Part shown: positions 30,747-41,550 of the stretch, piece by piece
Position numbering within the stretch: the first letter of the stretch is position 1
Layout: every line of letters begins with the position of its first letter
Assembly: GCA_963799775.1 (NCBI GenBank)
Contig: CAWCYD010000003.1
Coordinates: forward strand, 128,001 to 192,000
Direction: 5' to 3'
Length of the DNA: 64,000 nucleotides
Source: an uncultured archaeon
Lineage (GTDB): Archaea > Thermoproteota > Nitrososphaeria > Nitrososphaerales > Gagatemarchaeaceae
Position numbers and translations under genes: made by a program
The notes under the pieces: generated by a model
Told to the model about the DNA's origin: nothing
What the model saw: only the letters and a program-made list of their open reading frames with translations
Database searches by the model: none

Positions 30747-31481
30747 ATGCGCCCGAAGGTTCTCGTGATTCAGAACGCGGAGTGGGAGGGACCTGGCCTC
30801 GTCGAGTCATATGCTAGGGCCGCCGGATTGGAGCTTGAGGTCGTCGAGCTCTTCCGTCCCTCTGTCAAGGAAGCACCGATACCTTTCGAAGCTCTAGAGA
30901 AGGGAGCTTTCGCCGGCGTGGTCGCTCTGGGCTCGCCTTCGACCGCGTACATCCCAGAATCCAATCCCCATCATGAGCAACTCATCCGTCTCTTCAAGCT
31001 CGTGAGGAAGACAAAGACCCCGTCCTTCGACATCTGTTAGTCGATGCAGCTGTTCTCCATCGCTCACGGTGGCAGGGTCGGGAAGAACCCGAAGGGAAAG
31101 GAGGTCGGTCTCTTCGAGATCCATCCTAGCAGGCAAGGCAAGTCTGACCCCGTCGTCGGCGCTCTCGGCTCGTTCAGGACCTTGGAATGGCATGGAGACG
31201 TCGTCACGGAGTTGCCCGAGGGCGCAGTGCACCTCGCCTATTCAGACAAGACCAGGAACCAGGTCGCCGTCTTGGACGGGATCCATTACCTCGTGCAGGC
31301 CGATGCGCAGGCAGCGACGACCCAGATGGTCCGAAGTTGGCTCAAGCACGACGGAAAGTGGGCCACCGACGGGCAAGGGGTGACGGCGACCCGGCTGATC
31401 CGGGACGTCGAGAGAAGCGAAGCTGGTCTCAGGAACTCATTCTTGAGGATGTTCGGTAATTTCCTCTCGCTCGCTCTATGA
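30747..31481 (+). pseudogene. Class I glutamine amidotransferase-like protein with in-frame TAG at 31038-31040
   Basis: VLVIQN..EGPG, DIC*SMQL, WHGDVVTELPEGA; the same frame continues after the TAG. Confidence 0.7.
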
Positions 31482-31946
31482 GCCAGTGGATCCTGTCTTG
31501 GTGCGCCTCGGGTCCTCCAATCTGCTAGCATGCTGATGAACGATCTTCCATTCTTCCCCGAACTTCCCGATGACCATCGTCACCCGGGTCTTCGCGCCGA
31601 CCGTCGATCCCTCGAACGAGTAGTCGTTCACGAAGACCCCCTTGTACTCGAGGTAGAAGGTAGCGATCGCCACGAAGCCGATGACGTCGATCCTCAGGTC
31701 ATCGATCTTGTATTCGTAGTCCGAGATGTTCGCGAACCTCGCCTGCTCGTACATGAAGGCGTCGTCGGCATCCTGCCTCGTGTAGGGCGGGGTCTCGTCG
31801 AACTTGCTGAAGTATCGCGACGGGGCGTAGAAGCCGGAGAGGTTGGTGATGTCTTTGTTCTTGCCCAACTCGAAGTAGGAGGTGATGAGCGCCGCTACCT
31901 CCTTCCTAACTTGGTCAAGCTGGCGCGATTCCAACGTTGGCCCCAC
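31476..31946 (-). CDS. NTF2/SnoaL-like protein
   Basis: RVTMVIGK..EWKIVHQHAS C-terminal motif. Confidence 0.8.
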   Translation of the reverse strand: MGPTLESRQLDQVRKEVAALITSYFELGKNKDITNLSGFYAPSRYFSKFDETPPYTRQDADDAFMYEQARFANISDYEYKIDDLRIDVIGFVAIATFYLEYKGVFVNDYSFEGSTVGAKTRVTMVIGKFGEEWKIVHQHASRLEDPRRTKTGSTGS

Positions 31947-32011
31947 GTCGGCCCGTTAGATAAGCTGGGGCGCCACGATAACTTGAATACCTCGAGAGGG
32001 ATATTCGCTCC

Positions 32012-33088
32012 GTGCCCGACGTGAAGGCGTTCTACCGCGAGACTACGGCCCTCGACAAGTCGAACTTCAGCCTCCGCCACGGCTTCAGGGCAGCCATCCT
32101 GGTCATCGCGCCACTGGTGGTGGGCTTCGCCATCAACCAGCCTCAGGCGATTTACGCCACCCTCGGGGCGATGCTCGTCACCAACACCGAAGGGCCAAAC
32201 TCGTCTCCGCTTCCTTCCCGGGTCCTTCTCCTGGCGTGCTTCACCGAGCCGGTCGCCTTCTGCCTCGGGACACTCGCCGGCCTCACAGGGCTCCTGGCTA
32301 TCCCTCTCATCGGGCTGGGTGTCTGCATCGGCCTCATGGCGAGCAGCGACCAGGAGTTCCTCCTCGCTGGCAGGTTCACCGCGATCACCTTCGCAATTGG
32401 GGTCGGGCTCCCGGGCGGGTCCGTCGAGGTGGCGTGGACGAGGTTGTGGCTAGCGTTCGTGGGGGCGCTCGTTGCTTTCGCCGGCTCTGTGGTCCACCAT
32501 CGCCTTGCCAGACGCAGCGCCCAGCCGGGACGCTCCAAGGCCTTCCCGAAGCTCCCGGGTCTGAGTGACTTTACTCTGAAGACCGCGTGGGTCCGCGACT
32601 CGATCGCGGTAGGAATCGCCGCGGCAGTCGGGTACGCAATAGGGCTCGCCCTTGGCCTCCCACGGGACTTTTGGATAGTGGTGACCATCATCAGCGCGGT
32701 GAGGACCAAATTTGGTCCCACCTTCGCCTCGGCTTCGATGATGGTGGTGGGGACGATCATCGGAGCGACTGTAGCTGCCGGGATAACCCTGGAGGTCCAC
32801 AACGACTATGCCCTCGAGGCGCTCTTCTTGCTCTTCGGGACTCTCATGTTCGCGACCAGGGGTGTCAACCTCGGACTATCGCAGGTCTTCGTCACCCCGT
32901 TCATCATAATCCTCCTCAACATCCTATATCCGGGAGAGTGGTATCTAGCGGAGACCCGGATCCTCGACGTCGCCATCGGGGGAGCCCTCGCCATGCTGAC
33001 GGTCTACATGATTTGGATGGGGACCAGGCTCAAGGACTTCGACAAGATTGGCGCTCTCCATCGCGGGGCTGGTGATGGGGAGCGATAG
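32012..33088 (+). CDS. FUSC-family membrane protein
   Basis: FWIVVTII..GTIIGA..RILDVAIGG. Confidence 0.85.
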   Translation: MPDVKAFYRETTALDKSNFSLRHGFRAAILVIAPLVVGFAINQPQAIYATLGAMLVTNTEGPNSSPLPSRVLLLACFTEPVAFCLGTLAGLTGLLAIPLIGLGVCIGLMASSDQEFLLAGRFTAITFAIGVGLPGGSVEVAWTRLWLAFVGALVAFAGSVVHHRLARRSAQPGRSKAFPKLPGLSDFTLKTAWVRDSIAVGIAAAVGYAIGLALGLPRDFWIVVTIISAVRTKFGPTFASASMMVVGTIIGATVAAGITLEVHNDYALEALFLLFGTLMFATRGVNLGLSQVFVTPFIIILLNILYPGEWYLAETRILDVAIGGALAMLTVYMIWMGTRLKDFDKIGALHRGAGDGER

Positions 33089-33096
33089 ATCAGGTA

Positions 33097-33121
33097 AATG
33101 AAGCGGCGTCGGGCCGACTCG
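33097..33121. repeat. att direct repeat (distal copy)
   Basis: AATGAAGCGGCGTCGGGCCGACTCG, identical to 50737-50761. Confidence 0.93.
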
Positions 33122-33248
33122 TTGCCTTCAGGGCTAAAGCTTTCCACACTAACTCTTCCGGTCGTGAAAAAGAACAAGAGATTCCCATCTGGTTCATGGC
33201 TATCCCGTCAGATATCCGTATATTTAAAAGATATCCGCCTGGATAGCC

Positions 33249-33404
33249 TTGACTACGGGAACCAAGGTCAAGGTCGTCAAGGTGGGCAACTCTCTGCGGA
33301 TTGCGATCCCTATGCCTCTCGCGGAGGCTCTCGGGATTAGGGCCGGAGACTATCTCGACCTTGAAGTGACAGGCAAATCCGTTTCGATTGATTTGAAGAA
33401 ATGA
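33249..33404 (+). CDS. AbrB/MazE-family DNA-binding protein (51 aa, absent from the ORF track)
   Basis: Translated by hand: MTTGTKVKVVKVGNSLRIAIPMPLAEALGIRAGDYLDLEVTGKSVSIDLKK. Confidence 0.8.
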   Translation: MTTGTKVKVVKVGNSLRIAIPMPLAEALGIRAGDYLDLEVTGKSVSIDLKK

Positions 33405-33741
33405 GGACACCCCCTGGCGACCCGTCGGAGCCCGACAAAATATTCTGGCGGAACCAGCACGCTTAGGCTTCTAGACGCGAGTATGCTCCCCCAGAATAAG
33501 GGTGATAGGTTATGAAACGAATCGGATCTTGTTCAAAAGAAGAAAGCGAACCCAAGACCATCTTCTGCATTCTTGGCATCGGCGACAAGGTGGCAATGAG
33601 TGACCTTGAACTTGAGTTTCAGCTTAACGCAAAGAAAGTGCCAGAATCAGAGCTCGGTCCGTGCAGTTAGGATATCCGGTATCCCTGCTGCGGTGATTAC
33701 TTCATTGGCTTCCATCGGAGCTAATCAGTGCGGCAGGGGGC

Positions 33742-33930
33742 TCAATGCCGGTCTGAGCCCTTCTTTACCTCCATTAGCCTCTGCCTTGTGGCTTCGATGA
33801 TGAACTCGGCCCTGCTGCGGTAGCCCAGCGTCCTGTCGGCCAGGATCTTGTCTATCTCGTCCGCAAGCTCCTCGGTGACACTTGACGTTGACGTACCTCT
33901 TTGGCCTGTTGGACAAAGTCCTTGGCTCAT
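33742..33930 (-). CDS. CopG/RHH-family regulator
   Basis: SSVTEELADEIDKIL..GYRSRAEFIIEATRQRL. Confidence 0.75.
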   Translation of the reverse strand: MSQGLCPTGQRGTSTSSVTEELADEIDKILADRTLGYRSRAEFIIEATRQRLMEVKKGSDRH

Positions 33931-33977
33931 GGATAATCCATGAAAGACTTATTTTGCCAGATGGATAATGGATGGAT
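33928..33977. promoter_or_regulatory. Cluster of ATGGAT boxes between the divergent RHH and methyltransferase genes
   Basis: CATGGAT-A-ATCCATG palindrome (33928-33942) plus ATGGAT at 33961, 33968 and 33972. Confidence 0.5.
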
Positions 33978-34054
33978 TATAGGTGCTTCCTGATGCCATT
34001 AGACAGACTCAGTCGCTCAGAAACAGCCGGAAGCAATCACAGGGTCACTAAGCA

Positions 34055-36161
34055 ATGGGTCGGTTAGACGAGTTAGTTGGCGAGGTAAAAGAGTCTAGCC
34101 TTCGCGAACAACTTCAGTCTGCACTAGCCGAGATGAAGCGGAAGCAAAACTTCGGATTGGTATTCGAGGAGCACATCCCAGAGACGACCGCATTACTGGG
34201 ATTGCCCATCCAGACGGGCTCTGTGGTTCAGCGACGAGACCAGAAAGGAAACAGTCTTTTTAGAGTGACAGCAACGTCAGCGAGCGGAGAATCGGCCAAG
34301 ATTGCCCCAACACAGGGAGGAGAAAGTGAAACAATACTCACGAATGAGCCTTCTGGTCGTAAAGAGATTTGGTGAACCAATCTATCCTGCCCTGACGCCA
34401 GTTGGAACCGTGAAGAGAGGCGGTAACAAACCGTTCCACGCTGTCATAAATGGGGAGAATTATCATGCCATGCAGCTTCTGAACTACATCGTAGCGGGAA
34501 GCGTTGATTGCATCTACATCGACCCGCCCTACAACACCGGCGCTAGGGACTGGAAGTACAACAACAATTTCGTCGACCACAACGACCGCTGGCGCCACTC
34601 AAAGTGGCTCTCGATGATGGAGAAGAGGCTGCTGCTTGCGAAGCGTCTTCTCAAGCAGGACGGAGTGCTCATCGTCACAGTTGACGAGAATGAGGTTCAC
34701 CATCTCGGCATGCTCTTGGAGAGGCTCTTCCCGCAGGCGAGATCCCAGATGGTCACAATCTGCATCCAGCCAAGCGGCGCCAGCGGAGAGGGACTATCTC
34801 GCGTCGAAGAGTACGCAACCTTCTGCTTCTTCGGCGAAGCCCAGCCGGTTCCGACTCCCGACGATATGCTCATCGCCGAGAGCAATCCCCAAGGAGACGG
34901 ACAGCTCAGCCTAGATGAGGGCCTGGTCTGGGAGTCGCTACTCAGACGGGGCAATGCGTGGTATCGGGCGCGCCGGAAGAACCTCTGTTATCCGGTCCTG
35001 CTCTCCGAGGACGCCACGCGGATTTTCCGCGCCGGCCCTCCCTTCAAGGGCGAGGACGAGGAGGCCCGGCCATCCGAAATCGATGGGCATCCCGTCGCTT
35101 GGCCTGTGCGGAAGGACGGTAAGCTCGGGATTTGGCGAGTGGACGGCGCCCGCCTCAACTACCTAGCCGGGCTCGGGTACGCCCATGTAGCGGGCCGCGA
35201 CGACGTCCGAAAGACGTGGGCACTCCGATACCTGATGTCCGGCACCGTGTCGGCAGTCGAAGACGGCTCCATCCAAATCATCGGCCATGGAGAGAGAGGC
35301 GAAGTGATCGGCAAGGTGATTGGTGGGCGCACCAGGATTGCCAAGACGATGTGGTACCGCGGGCGGCACAACGCGGGCGGGGCAGGCGGAACCCAGATCC
35401 TCAACGCCTTCCTCGGCAAACGCAACGTTTTCCCCTTCCCGAAGTCCGTCTATGCGGTCCGAGATTGTCTCCAGGTCGCCATCGGCGACAGGTCCGATGC
35501 CATAATCCTGGATTTCTTTGCTGGGTCTGGAACGACTCTGCATGCGACGGCGTTGCTAAATGCTTCGGATAACGGACGGCGCCAGTGCATTATAGTCACG
35601 AACAATGAAGTTGAAGCTGAAGTGGCTACGAAACTTCAGAAGAGCGGAAAATATCGAGGCGATCCCGATTATGAGAAATATGGCGTCTTCGAGGTCGCGA
35701 CGCGTCCAAGAATAGAGGCGGCTATCACCGGGCACCGGCCCGACGGTTCTGCTGTGCCGGGCGAGCATATTGACGGCCGGCCTTACGCGGAAGGGTTTCC
35801 GGAAAACGTGGAGTTCTTCCGAGTGGATTATCTCGATCCTAACGACGTTGATCTAGGAAAGCAATTCGAAGCAATTCTACCCTCTCTATGGCTTGCCGCA
35901 GGAGGCAAAGGTGACAGGTCCGCCCCGGAGAAAGGGATGGATTTCCTTCTGCCCTCAAAATCCCCTTACGGGATCCTCCTAAAGGAATCTAGGTTCGAAA
36001 AGTTCAGGAAAGCCGTAAGAACGCGAAAAGACGTAACGCACGTCTGGCTGGTAACCGATTCCGAGGAAGCCTACGCGGAGATGAGGTCAGAGCTACCAAG
36101 CAGGATCAGCACATCTATGCTGTACCGAGATTACCTGCGTAACTTTCAGATAAGCCGGTAA
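34055..36161 (+). CDS. Type III-like R-M adenine methyltransferase (Mod, beta class); frameshift near 34348
   Basis: FGLVFEEH, YIDPPYNTG, FPFPKS and ILDFFAGSGTT. Confidence 0.9.
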
Positions 36162-36168
36162 TCGAGTC

Positions 36169-38631
36169 ATGAAACTACTTCTCAAGCCATTCCAAGAGCA
36201 ATTTGTCGGTTCCTTGGTCGTTGAGATTAGGACTGCGGCTAATGAGGCTCACCAAAGAGGCCAAGCCATAATCTTCTCCTCACCCACAGGATCGGGAAAG
36301 ACAGTGATGGCAGCAGCCGCGATAGAACGCTTGTTCGAGGGTGATGACGCCGCCCTGCCTAATCCCGGGGCGACCGTTCTGTGGCTAAGCGACCAACCAG
36401 AAATAAACGAACAAACGCGTCGCAAAATGCTCGAGGCGTCCTCCTTACTAGAATCTTCACGGCTCGTCGTAATCGATGCGACCTTCGATAACGAGTTGTT
36501 CTCCCCAGGAAAGGTGTACTTTCTGAATACCCAGAAGCTCGGAAAAGACAAGCAGCTGGTCACACACGGGGACGAACGGAACTACACTATATGGGAGACT
36601 ATCAACAACACCGCACGCGCACGACCCTCGGATTTCTTCGTATTCATTGATGAGGCACACCGCGGAATGCTGATGAGCCAAAGAGAGCAGAGCGAAGCGA
36701 GTTCTATTGTTCAAAAGTTCATAATTGGCTCAGAGGGCGAGATCGACGCGGTTCCAATCATTATCGGAATCTCTGCCACTCCTGAACGCTTTCGCAAACT
36801 CGTTCAGTCCACGTCTCGGACCCAGCGTCCCATAGATGTTCCCGCCGAGGACGTTCGTGCATCAGGCCTGATTGTTGATGCGGTTCGATTCTACTACCCT
36901 AGCGACAAGCAGCCAACGGACATGACGATGCTCCGGGCGGCAGCTAGCTCGTGGAAGGAGTTCACGGGACATTGGGAAAAATACTGTCTCTCTCAGGATG
37001 CCAAAGTCGTAAAGCCAATATTGGTCGTCCAGGTTCAGGATGCTTCCGGCACAAAAATCTCCGAGACAAATCTGGGAGAAGCCATCGCGATCATAAATGA
37101 CATAGTAGGTCAATTACCAGTTGAGGCATTCGCTCCTTCATTCCAGGAGGGCGCAACAATCAGCGTGGGCACGCAGAGCATTCGCTATTTGGCCCCCTCC
37201 GACATAAACTCGAATCCGAACGTGGTTGTCGTCTTCTTCAAGATGAGTTTGAACACCGGATGGGACTGCCCGAGGGCGGAGGTCATGATGTCATTTCGAA
37301 AAGCGACCGACGCCACGCTCATCGCACAGCTAGTCGGTAGGATGGTAAGGACACCTCTGGCAAGGAGAATCGAAAGTGATGAACTCCTTAACACGGTTTC
37401 TCTGTATCTCCCGCATTACGATGAGTCCGGTCTCAAGAAGGTGGTAGAGAAACTAAGGTCGCCTGACACCCCAGTGGCAATCGAGGAGGGAGTGGACATC
37501 GTGACGCTTAGCCGAAGAAAGGGGACTCAGAAGGAGTTCGCTGCTCTTTCGAAAATCCCTTCCTATGTCATTCCGAGAGCTAGGAGAACCAAAGGGGTCC
37601 ATCGGCTGATGAAACTTGCGAGACTATTAGCCTACGACGACATCAATCCCGATGCAGTCGAGCAGGCTACTAACCACCTTCTCAGAGTGCTGGATTCTGA
37701 ATATGAACGCTTGAGCAAGACCCGAGATTTCGAGGCTATAGTCGAGAGAAAGGGGAAGGTGGAAGTCAAATCGGCAGACTGGCAAGTCACGGGCAACATG
37801 GCCGCTGGAGACATGATGGTCTTGGATATCGCAAAGGAAAACCTGGACGACTTGTTTGATGCGGCCGGGAGAAAAATGGGCGAGGGTTTACACAAGTCAT
37901 GGTGGAAACACAGGGCAGAAAACAACCAGTCGGGCCATGCCAGAGCTAAACTCGAGGCGGTCGCCTTCTGCATTGAACCGAAAGCACTGTCGAGCGTCGA
38001 AAGGGAATCACAGAAGCTGGCTCGAAGATGGCTTCTTTCAGACTATGAGATCGCAATTAACGCACTGTCTGAGGATCGTAAACAACGGTACGACGAAGTG
38101 AAGCAGATGGCGTCACAGCTTGAGGAGACCACCGTAACATATCCAGAGGAGATACAAGTTAGACGTGGAGATCAGAGCTTCAAGAATCATCTATATGTTG
38201 ACCAGGATGGGCTTTTCCCATTCAAAGCAGATAGTTGGGAATCAGGAATAATCGAGGAGGAGTTTCAAGGAATAGACAGCTGGCTGAGGAACTTTGACCG
38301 CAAGTCCTGGTCGCTAACGATCCCGTACAAGGTCGGGATAGTGGACAAGGGTTTTTTCCCGGACTTTCTGGCCATTAGAATCGTCCACGGAACGACGGTC
38401 GTCGACCTGGTAGATCCTCACCACACAGGCTTGGCCGATGCAGTGCAGAAAGCACTGGGTCTCGCCAGCTACGCAGCCAAGCACGCCGACCGATTTGGTC
38501 GAATCGAGTTAATTGCCGTCTTGAACGGCAAGATGAAGAGACTTGATCTAAAGGATGAGGAGATTCGCGAGAGAGTTTCGGGTATAGGAACGACGGAGCA
38601 GCTCGAAAGGCTCTATGAAGAATACGGATAG
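36169..38631 (+). CDS. Type III-like restriction subunit (SF2 helicase plus C-terminal nuclease)
   Basis: SPTGSGKT, FIDEAH, SATP, GWDCP, QLVGRMVR; C-terminal FFPDF..VDPH. Confidence 0.88.
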   Translation: MKLLLKPFQEQFVGSLVVEIRTAANEAHQRGQAIIFSSPTGSGKTVMAAAAIERLFEGDDAALPNPGATVLWLSDQPEINEQTRRKMLEASSLLESSRLVVIDATFDNELFSPGKVYFLNTQKLGKDKQLVTHGDERNYTIWETINNTARARPSDFFVFIDEAHRGMLMSQREQSEASSIVQKFIIGSEGEIDAVPIIIGISATPERFRKLVQSTSRTQRPIDVPAEDVRASGLIVDAVRFYYPSDKQPTDMTMLRAAASSWKEFTGHWEKYCLSQDAKVVKPILVVQVQDASGTKISETNLGEAIAIINDIVGQLPVEAFAPSFQEGATISVGTQSIRYLAPSDINSNPNVVVVFFKMSLNTGWDCPRAEVMMSFRKATDATLIAQLVGRMVRTPLARRIESDELLNTVSLYLPHYDESGLKKVVEKLRSPDTPVAIEEGVDIVTLSRRKGTQKEFAALSKIPSYVIPRARRTKGVHRLMKLARLLAYDDINPDAVEQATNHLLRVLDSEYERLSKTRDFEAIVERKGKVEVKSADWQVTGNMAAGDMMVLDIAKENLDDLFDAAGRKMGEGLHKSWWKHRAENNQSGHARAKLEAVAFCIEPKALSSVERESQKLARRWLLSDYEIAINALSEDRKQRYDEVKQMASQLEETTVTYPEEIQVRRGDQSFKNHLYVDQDGLFPFKADSWESGIIEEEFQGIDSWLRNFDRKSWSLTIPYKVGIVDKGFFPDFLAIRIVHGTTVVDLVDPHHTGLADAVQKALGLASYAAKHADRFGRIELIAVLNGKMKRLDLKDEEIRERVSGIGTTEQLERLYEEYG

Positions 38632-38726
38632 AGGAGTGCTAAGGTTTCCACTTCTTCCATATCTCCCCGCTTGCCCTTGAAGTAACGCAGGAAGGGGTTG
38701 ATGCTACGATGACCGATTGCCGGAAG

Positions 38727-38963
38727 TTATACCGACTCGTAGTCAAGGTTACACGCGTCGCACCGATAGGCAGTCCCCACTGGCGTGGCGCGTGTCGCTC
38801 GTCCAATTTCTCTTTCGCACTGGAGACACAATATTATCTCCACCTGTGGCTCTCTTAATTGTAGGGCCGTGGCTACCGTTGCGACCGCCGCCGTTATCGT
38901 CGCGCCTGCACCGAGCGCGACAAACAGGCCGCCCCAGTCGAAACCCTTCTTTCCTGTCGCCAT
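38727..38963 (-). CDS. Small TM plus Zn-ribbon protein
   Basis: Hydrophobic N-terminus, CLQC...CDAC. Confidence 0.55.
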   Translation of the reverse strand: MATGKKGFDWGGLFVALGAGATITAAVATVATALQLREPQVEIILCLQCEREIGRATRATPVGTAYRCDACNLDYESV

Positions 38964-39040
38964 GTGATAGCGAGATAACTCTATCTCGCTATATAAAGCC
39001 TTAAACTCACCGTGAGCTTAGGAAGCACTAGCGAGTAAAC

Positions 39041-39229
39041 TTGACACGGTCCAAAGAAATAGTCCACGCTTACGAGACCAGGAAAGAGGACGGAACCACG
39101 CTTTTGGTGGTCCCCAAGCCGATAAAGGTGCAGATGCAAATTCGCAACGGCGACGAGTTCCTAGTCAAGCAAGAAGGGGAGGACAGGATTGTCTATCGAC
39201 GTTTGAGGGGAAATACGCGGGCAATCTGA
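39041..39229 (+). CDS. AbrB-like DNA-binding protein
   Basis: LLVVPKPIKVQMQIRNGDEFLV..RIVY. Confidence 0.65.
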   Translation: MTRSKEIVHAYETRKEDGTTLLVVPKPIKVQMQIRNGDEFLVKQEGEDRIVYRRLRGNTRAI

Positions 39230-39258
39230 GATCTTCCTCCTTTCTTGTTGCTCGCGTC

Positions 39259-39501
39259 ATGAATCACCATAACCCATGGGTTCTCGGCGCAAACGCGCCG
39301 AATAGTTCAGACCTTCTCACTACTGTGGTCGAGAGCCGCAGCGCATTGGCAAATACTTTGCGGGACTTGCAAGATATTGGATTGGTCAAGAGGCAGGTGA
39401 AGAGCACGAGGCCTGTACAGAGGGAATATCATCTGACCGAGAGGGGCAGTCCGGCAATTGGTCTGCTAACAAAGGTCAACGAAGTTCTAGCGAAAGACTA
39501 G
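39259..39501 (+). CDS. HxlR-like wHTH protein (possibly N-terminally truncated)
   Basis: LANTLRDLQDIGLVKR..PVQREYHLTERG. Confidence 0.6.
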   Translation: MNHHNPWVLGANAPNSSDLLTTVVESRSALANTLRDLQDIGLVKRQVKSTRPVQREYHLTERGSPAIGLLTKVNEVLAKD

Positions 39502-39588
39502 ATGGCAACGCTGACGGCAACCTGGTCATCGTCTTGAGCGAGCAATCAGGCGTATATATCTCCCGGACATGGTCGGCGAGGACCCGAC

Positions 39589-39834
39589 ATGATACGCAAG
39601 GATAAGGCACGAAAGGCAAGCGAGGGAGAGCGCCGGAAGATAGCCTATCCTTCCCCCAATGACTTGATCTTGACCAACCAGATAATCACAGGCAAGGTGC
39701 CCCTTGAGATTCAGAAGGGCGACTCAGAGTCTCTCAAGAAGCTAAAGGCAAGCATACGCCAGTCCGGTTTACCCGTGGGGTCGCAGAAGATTCCGAAGAC
39801 CGACTTTATCAAGGCCCATCGAGGACATACATGA
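39589..39834 (+). CDS. Hypothetical small protein
   Basis: First of four closely spaced co-oriented ORFs after TATATAT near 39553. Confidence 0.45.
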   Translation: MIRKDKARKASEGERRKIAYPSPNDLILTNQIITGKVPLEIQKGDSESLKKLKASIRQSGLPVGSQKIPKTDFIKAHRGHT

Positions 39835-39844
39835 GAGGACGGAC

Positions 39845-40066
39845 ATGCGCTACGGGCAGATAATCAGCAACGCACTGGTGACAAGGTTCGGGAGGACAGG
39901 GTGCGACTGCGGCAACGACTCTTTCACCGACGAGAAGAAGATGTGCAAGTGCAAGAACTCCAACGGAAGAGGGTTCAACACCTTCGCGATCTGGGACGAG
40001 GAGATGACCGAGGCGCTGGAGGAGTTCCGAAGGGCGTATCTGCATTCCGAATCCGCGATGCCTTGA
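39845..40066 (+). CDS. Small Cys-containing hypothetical protein
   Basis: CDC...CKC; operon spacing. Confidence 0.5.
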   Translation: MRYGQIISNALVTRFGRTGCDCGNDSFTDEKKMCKCKNSNGRGFNTFAIWDEEMTEALEEFRRAYLHSESAMP

Positions 40067-40081
40067 GTGTGAGTAGTCTTC

Positions 40082-40405
40082 ATGGCCACCAAGACCAAAA
40101 TAGAGAGACAGGGCCAACGTCGAAACAAAGCGGAGAAAGCCAGAGCTCCACTCGGAGGACTGACTCGAACCAGCATCGCGGAGTGGAAGCACAGGGACGC
40201 AATCGTGAAGGCGATGGTCAAGAAGTGGGAAAGCGGAGCAACCGCAGAAGAGCGGGCGAAACGCGGCAAGAAGAGAGGGACTACGGTGGTCGAGCTCAGC
40301 GACACTACCCTAGCCGGGTTGGAGGATGTGAAGGCCCACGAGAATCAGTCCTTAGACGACGCCATACAGGAATTGCTGGACTTTTGGGAGCAGAACCGGA
40401 TCTAG
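40082..40405 (+). CDS. Protein with C-terminal RHH/antitoxin-like domain
   Basis: TTVVELSDTTLAGLEDVK..QSLDDAIQELLD. Confidence 0.55.
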   Translation: MATKTKIERQGQRRNKAEKARAPLGGLTRTSIAEWKHRDAIVKAMVKKWESGATAEERAKRGKKRGTTVVELSDTTLAGLEDVKAHENQSLDDAIQELLDFWEQNRI

Positions 40406-40426
40406 CGAGTATTCGGCCGATTAACC

Positions 40427-40828
40427 ATGACTGCTAGCAAAGTCATCGACAGGCTCTATATTGGCGACTGGCAAGAAGCCCGGGATGCGTCTGTTCCGAA
40501 TCTGGTCAAGGTGACCGTCGCGAAGGGATCTCCCTTCACCGGTGATTTCTTCTTTCCTCTCGTAGACACGGATGACGCTCACAACGGGCAAGAACTTTGG
40601 AAGGCAGTCGAGAAGGTCGACCAGTTGATGAGTCAGAATAGGATCGTGCTCGTTCACTGCGTCTCGGGCGTCTCGCGGTCTTGCGTTGTGATAATGGGTT
40701 ATCTTGCGACTAGAAGAGGAATGTCACTTGATGAGGCTCTCGATATCGTCAGGAAGGCGAGACCCGCCGTCCTGCCAGAGCCAGACTTGCTCGAGCTGCT
40801 AAAGGCTCCTGAAGCTCGAAGGGAATAA
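40427..40828 (+). CDS. Dual-specificity (Cys-based) phosphatase
   Basis: RLYIGD, FPLVD and VLVHCVSGVSRS (CX5R). Confidence 0.9.
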   Translation: MTASKVIDRLYIGDWQEARDASVPNLVKVTVAKGSPFTGDFFFPLVDTDDAHNGQELWKAVEKVDQLMSQNRIVLVHCVSGVSRSCVVIMGYLATRRGMSLDEALDIVRKARPAVLPEPDLLELLKAPEARRE

Positions 40829-41334
40829 TCCAGTGATCGCTGCGCAGGCTCCTGTGTCGGCTAGGATTCTGTAAGAAGAAAGCCAGAAGGGCCGTGGAGC
40901 GGAACCCTGCGTCGACGGGGAAGACAATCAGAGGCTTTGGGACGTAATTACCCAGATTCGTTGACTCGACGCCGGCGACTCTTAAGCACGGCGCTTTTCG
41001 GCACCTTTCTGGCTTTTGGGCGCCCAGGCTCGAGATCAGGCCTCCAAACCAGACCGTCCCGCGATTCTGCGCTTGCCGCAGCAAGGTGATCCGACCCTTT
41101 CGCAACAATCTCGGACGACTAGCAGGCAGAATTATTCCCGGACGATAGGAGAGCAATGAGGGCAAAACCGAGAGTCCCGCCTGGGATGCTGACGAAGGTA
41201 AAGGTCAGACAGATGGAGAGAATCTCAAAGGGAGATTGTTGAGTTTCAGGAGTGGACTGACTGATATAGCGAAGCTGAAAGCGAACACGTCAGGTAAACC
41301 ATAATACCGAACGCTTCTTAGAAGGCGTCTAGAC

Positions 41335-41550
41335 ATGGCTCTCAGATATAGGCAGGTCAAATCCGGCGACGCGGCTATCAGAATCGCGCGAAGAATAGCC
41401 GATGATTCGGGATTGGTGTTTTACAATGTGACGAGGGCCAAGAAGACGAAGGGAGGCAAGTGGGTGGTCTACATCACCTCTTTCGAAGCGCGATACCGGG
41501 CCTTGATTGACGCGCATACAGGAGAGGTCGTAGAGTGGAAGAAGCTGTAG
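41335..41550 (+). CDS. Small PepSY-like protein
   Basis: AAIRIAR..WVVYI..ALIDAHTGEVV. Confidence 0.65.
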   Translation: MALRYRQVKSGDAAIRIARRIADDSGLVFYNVTRAKKTKGGKWVVYITSFEARYRALIDAHTGEVVEWKKL

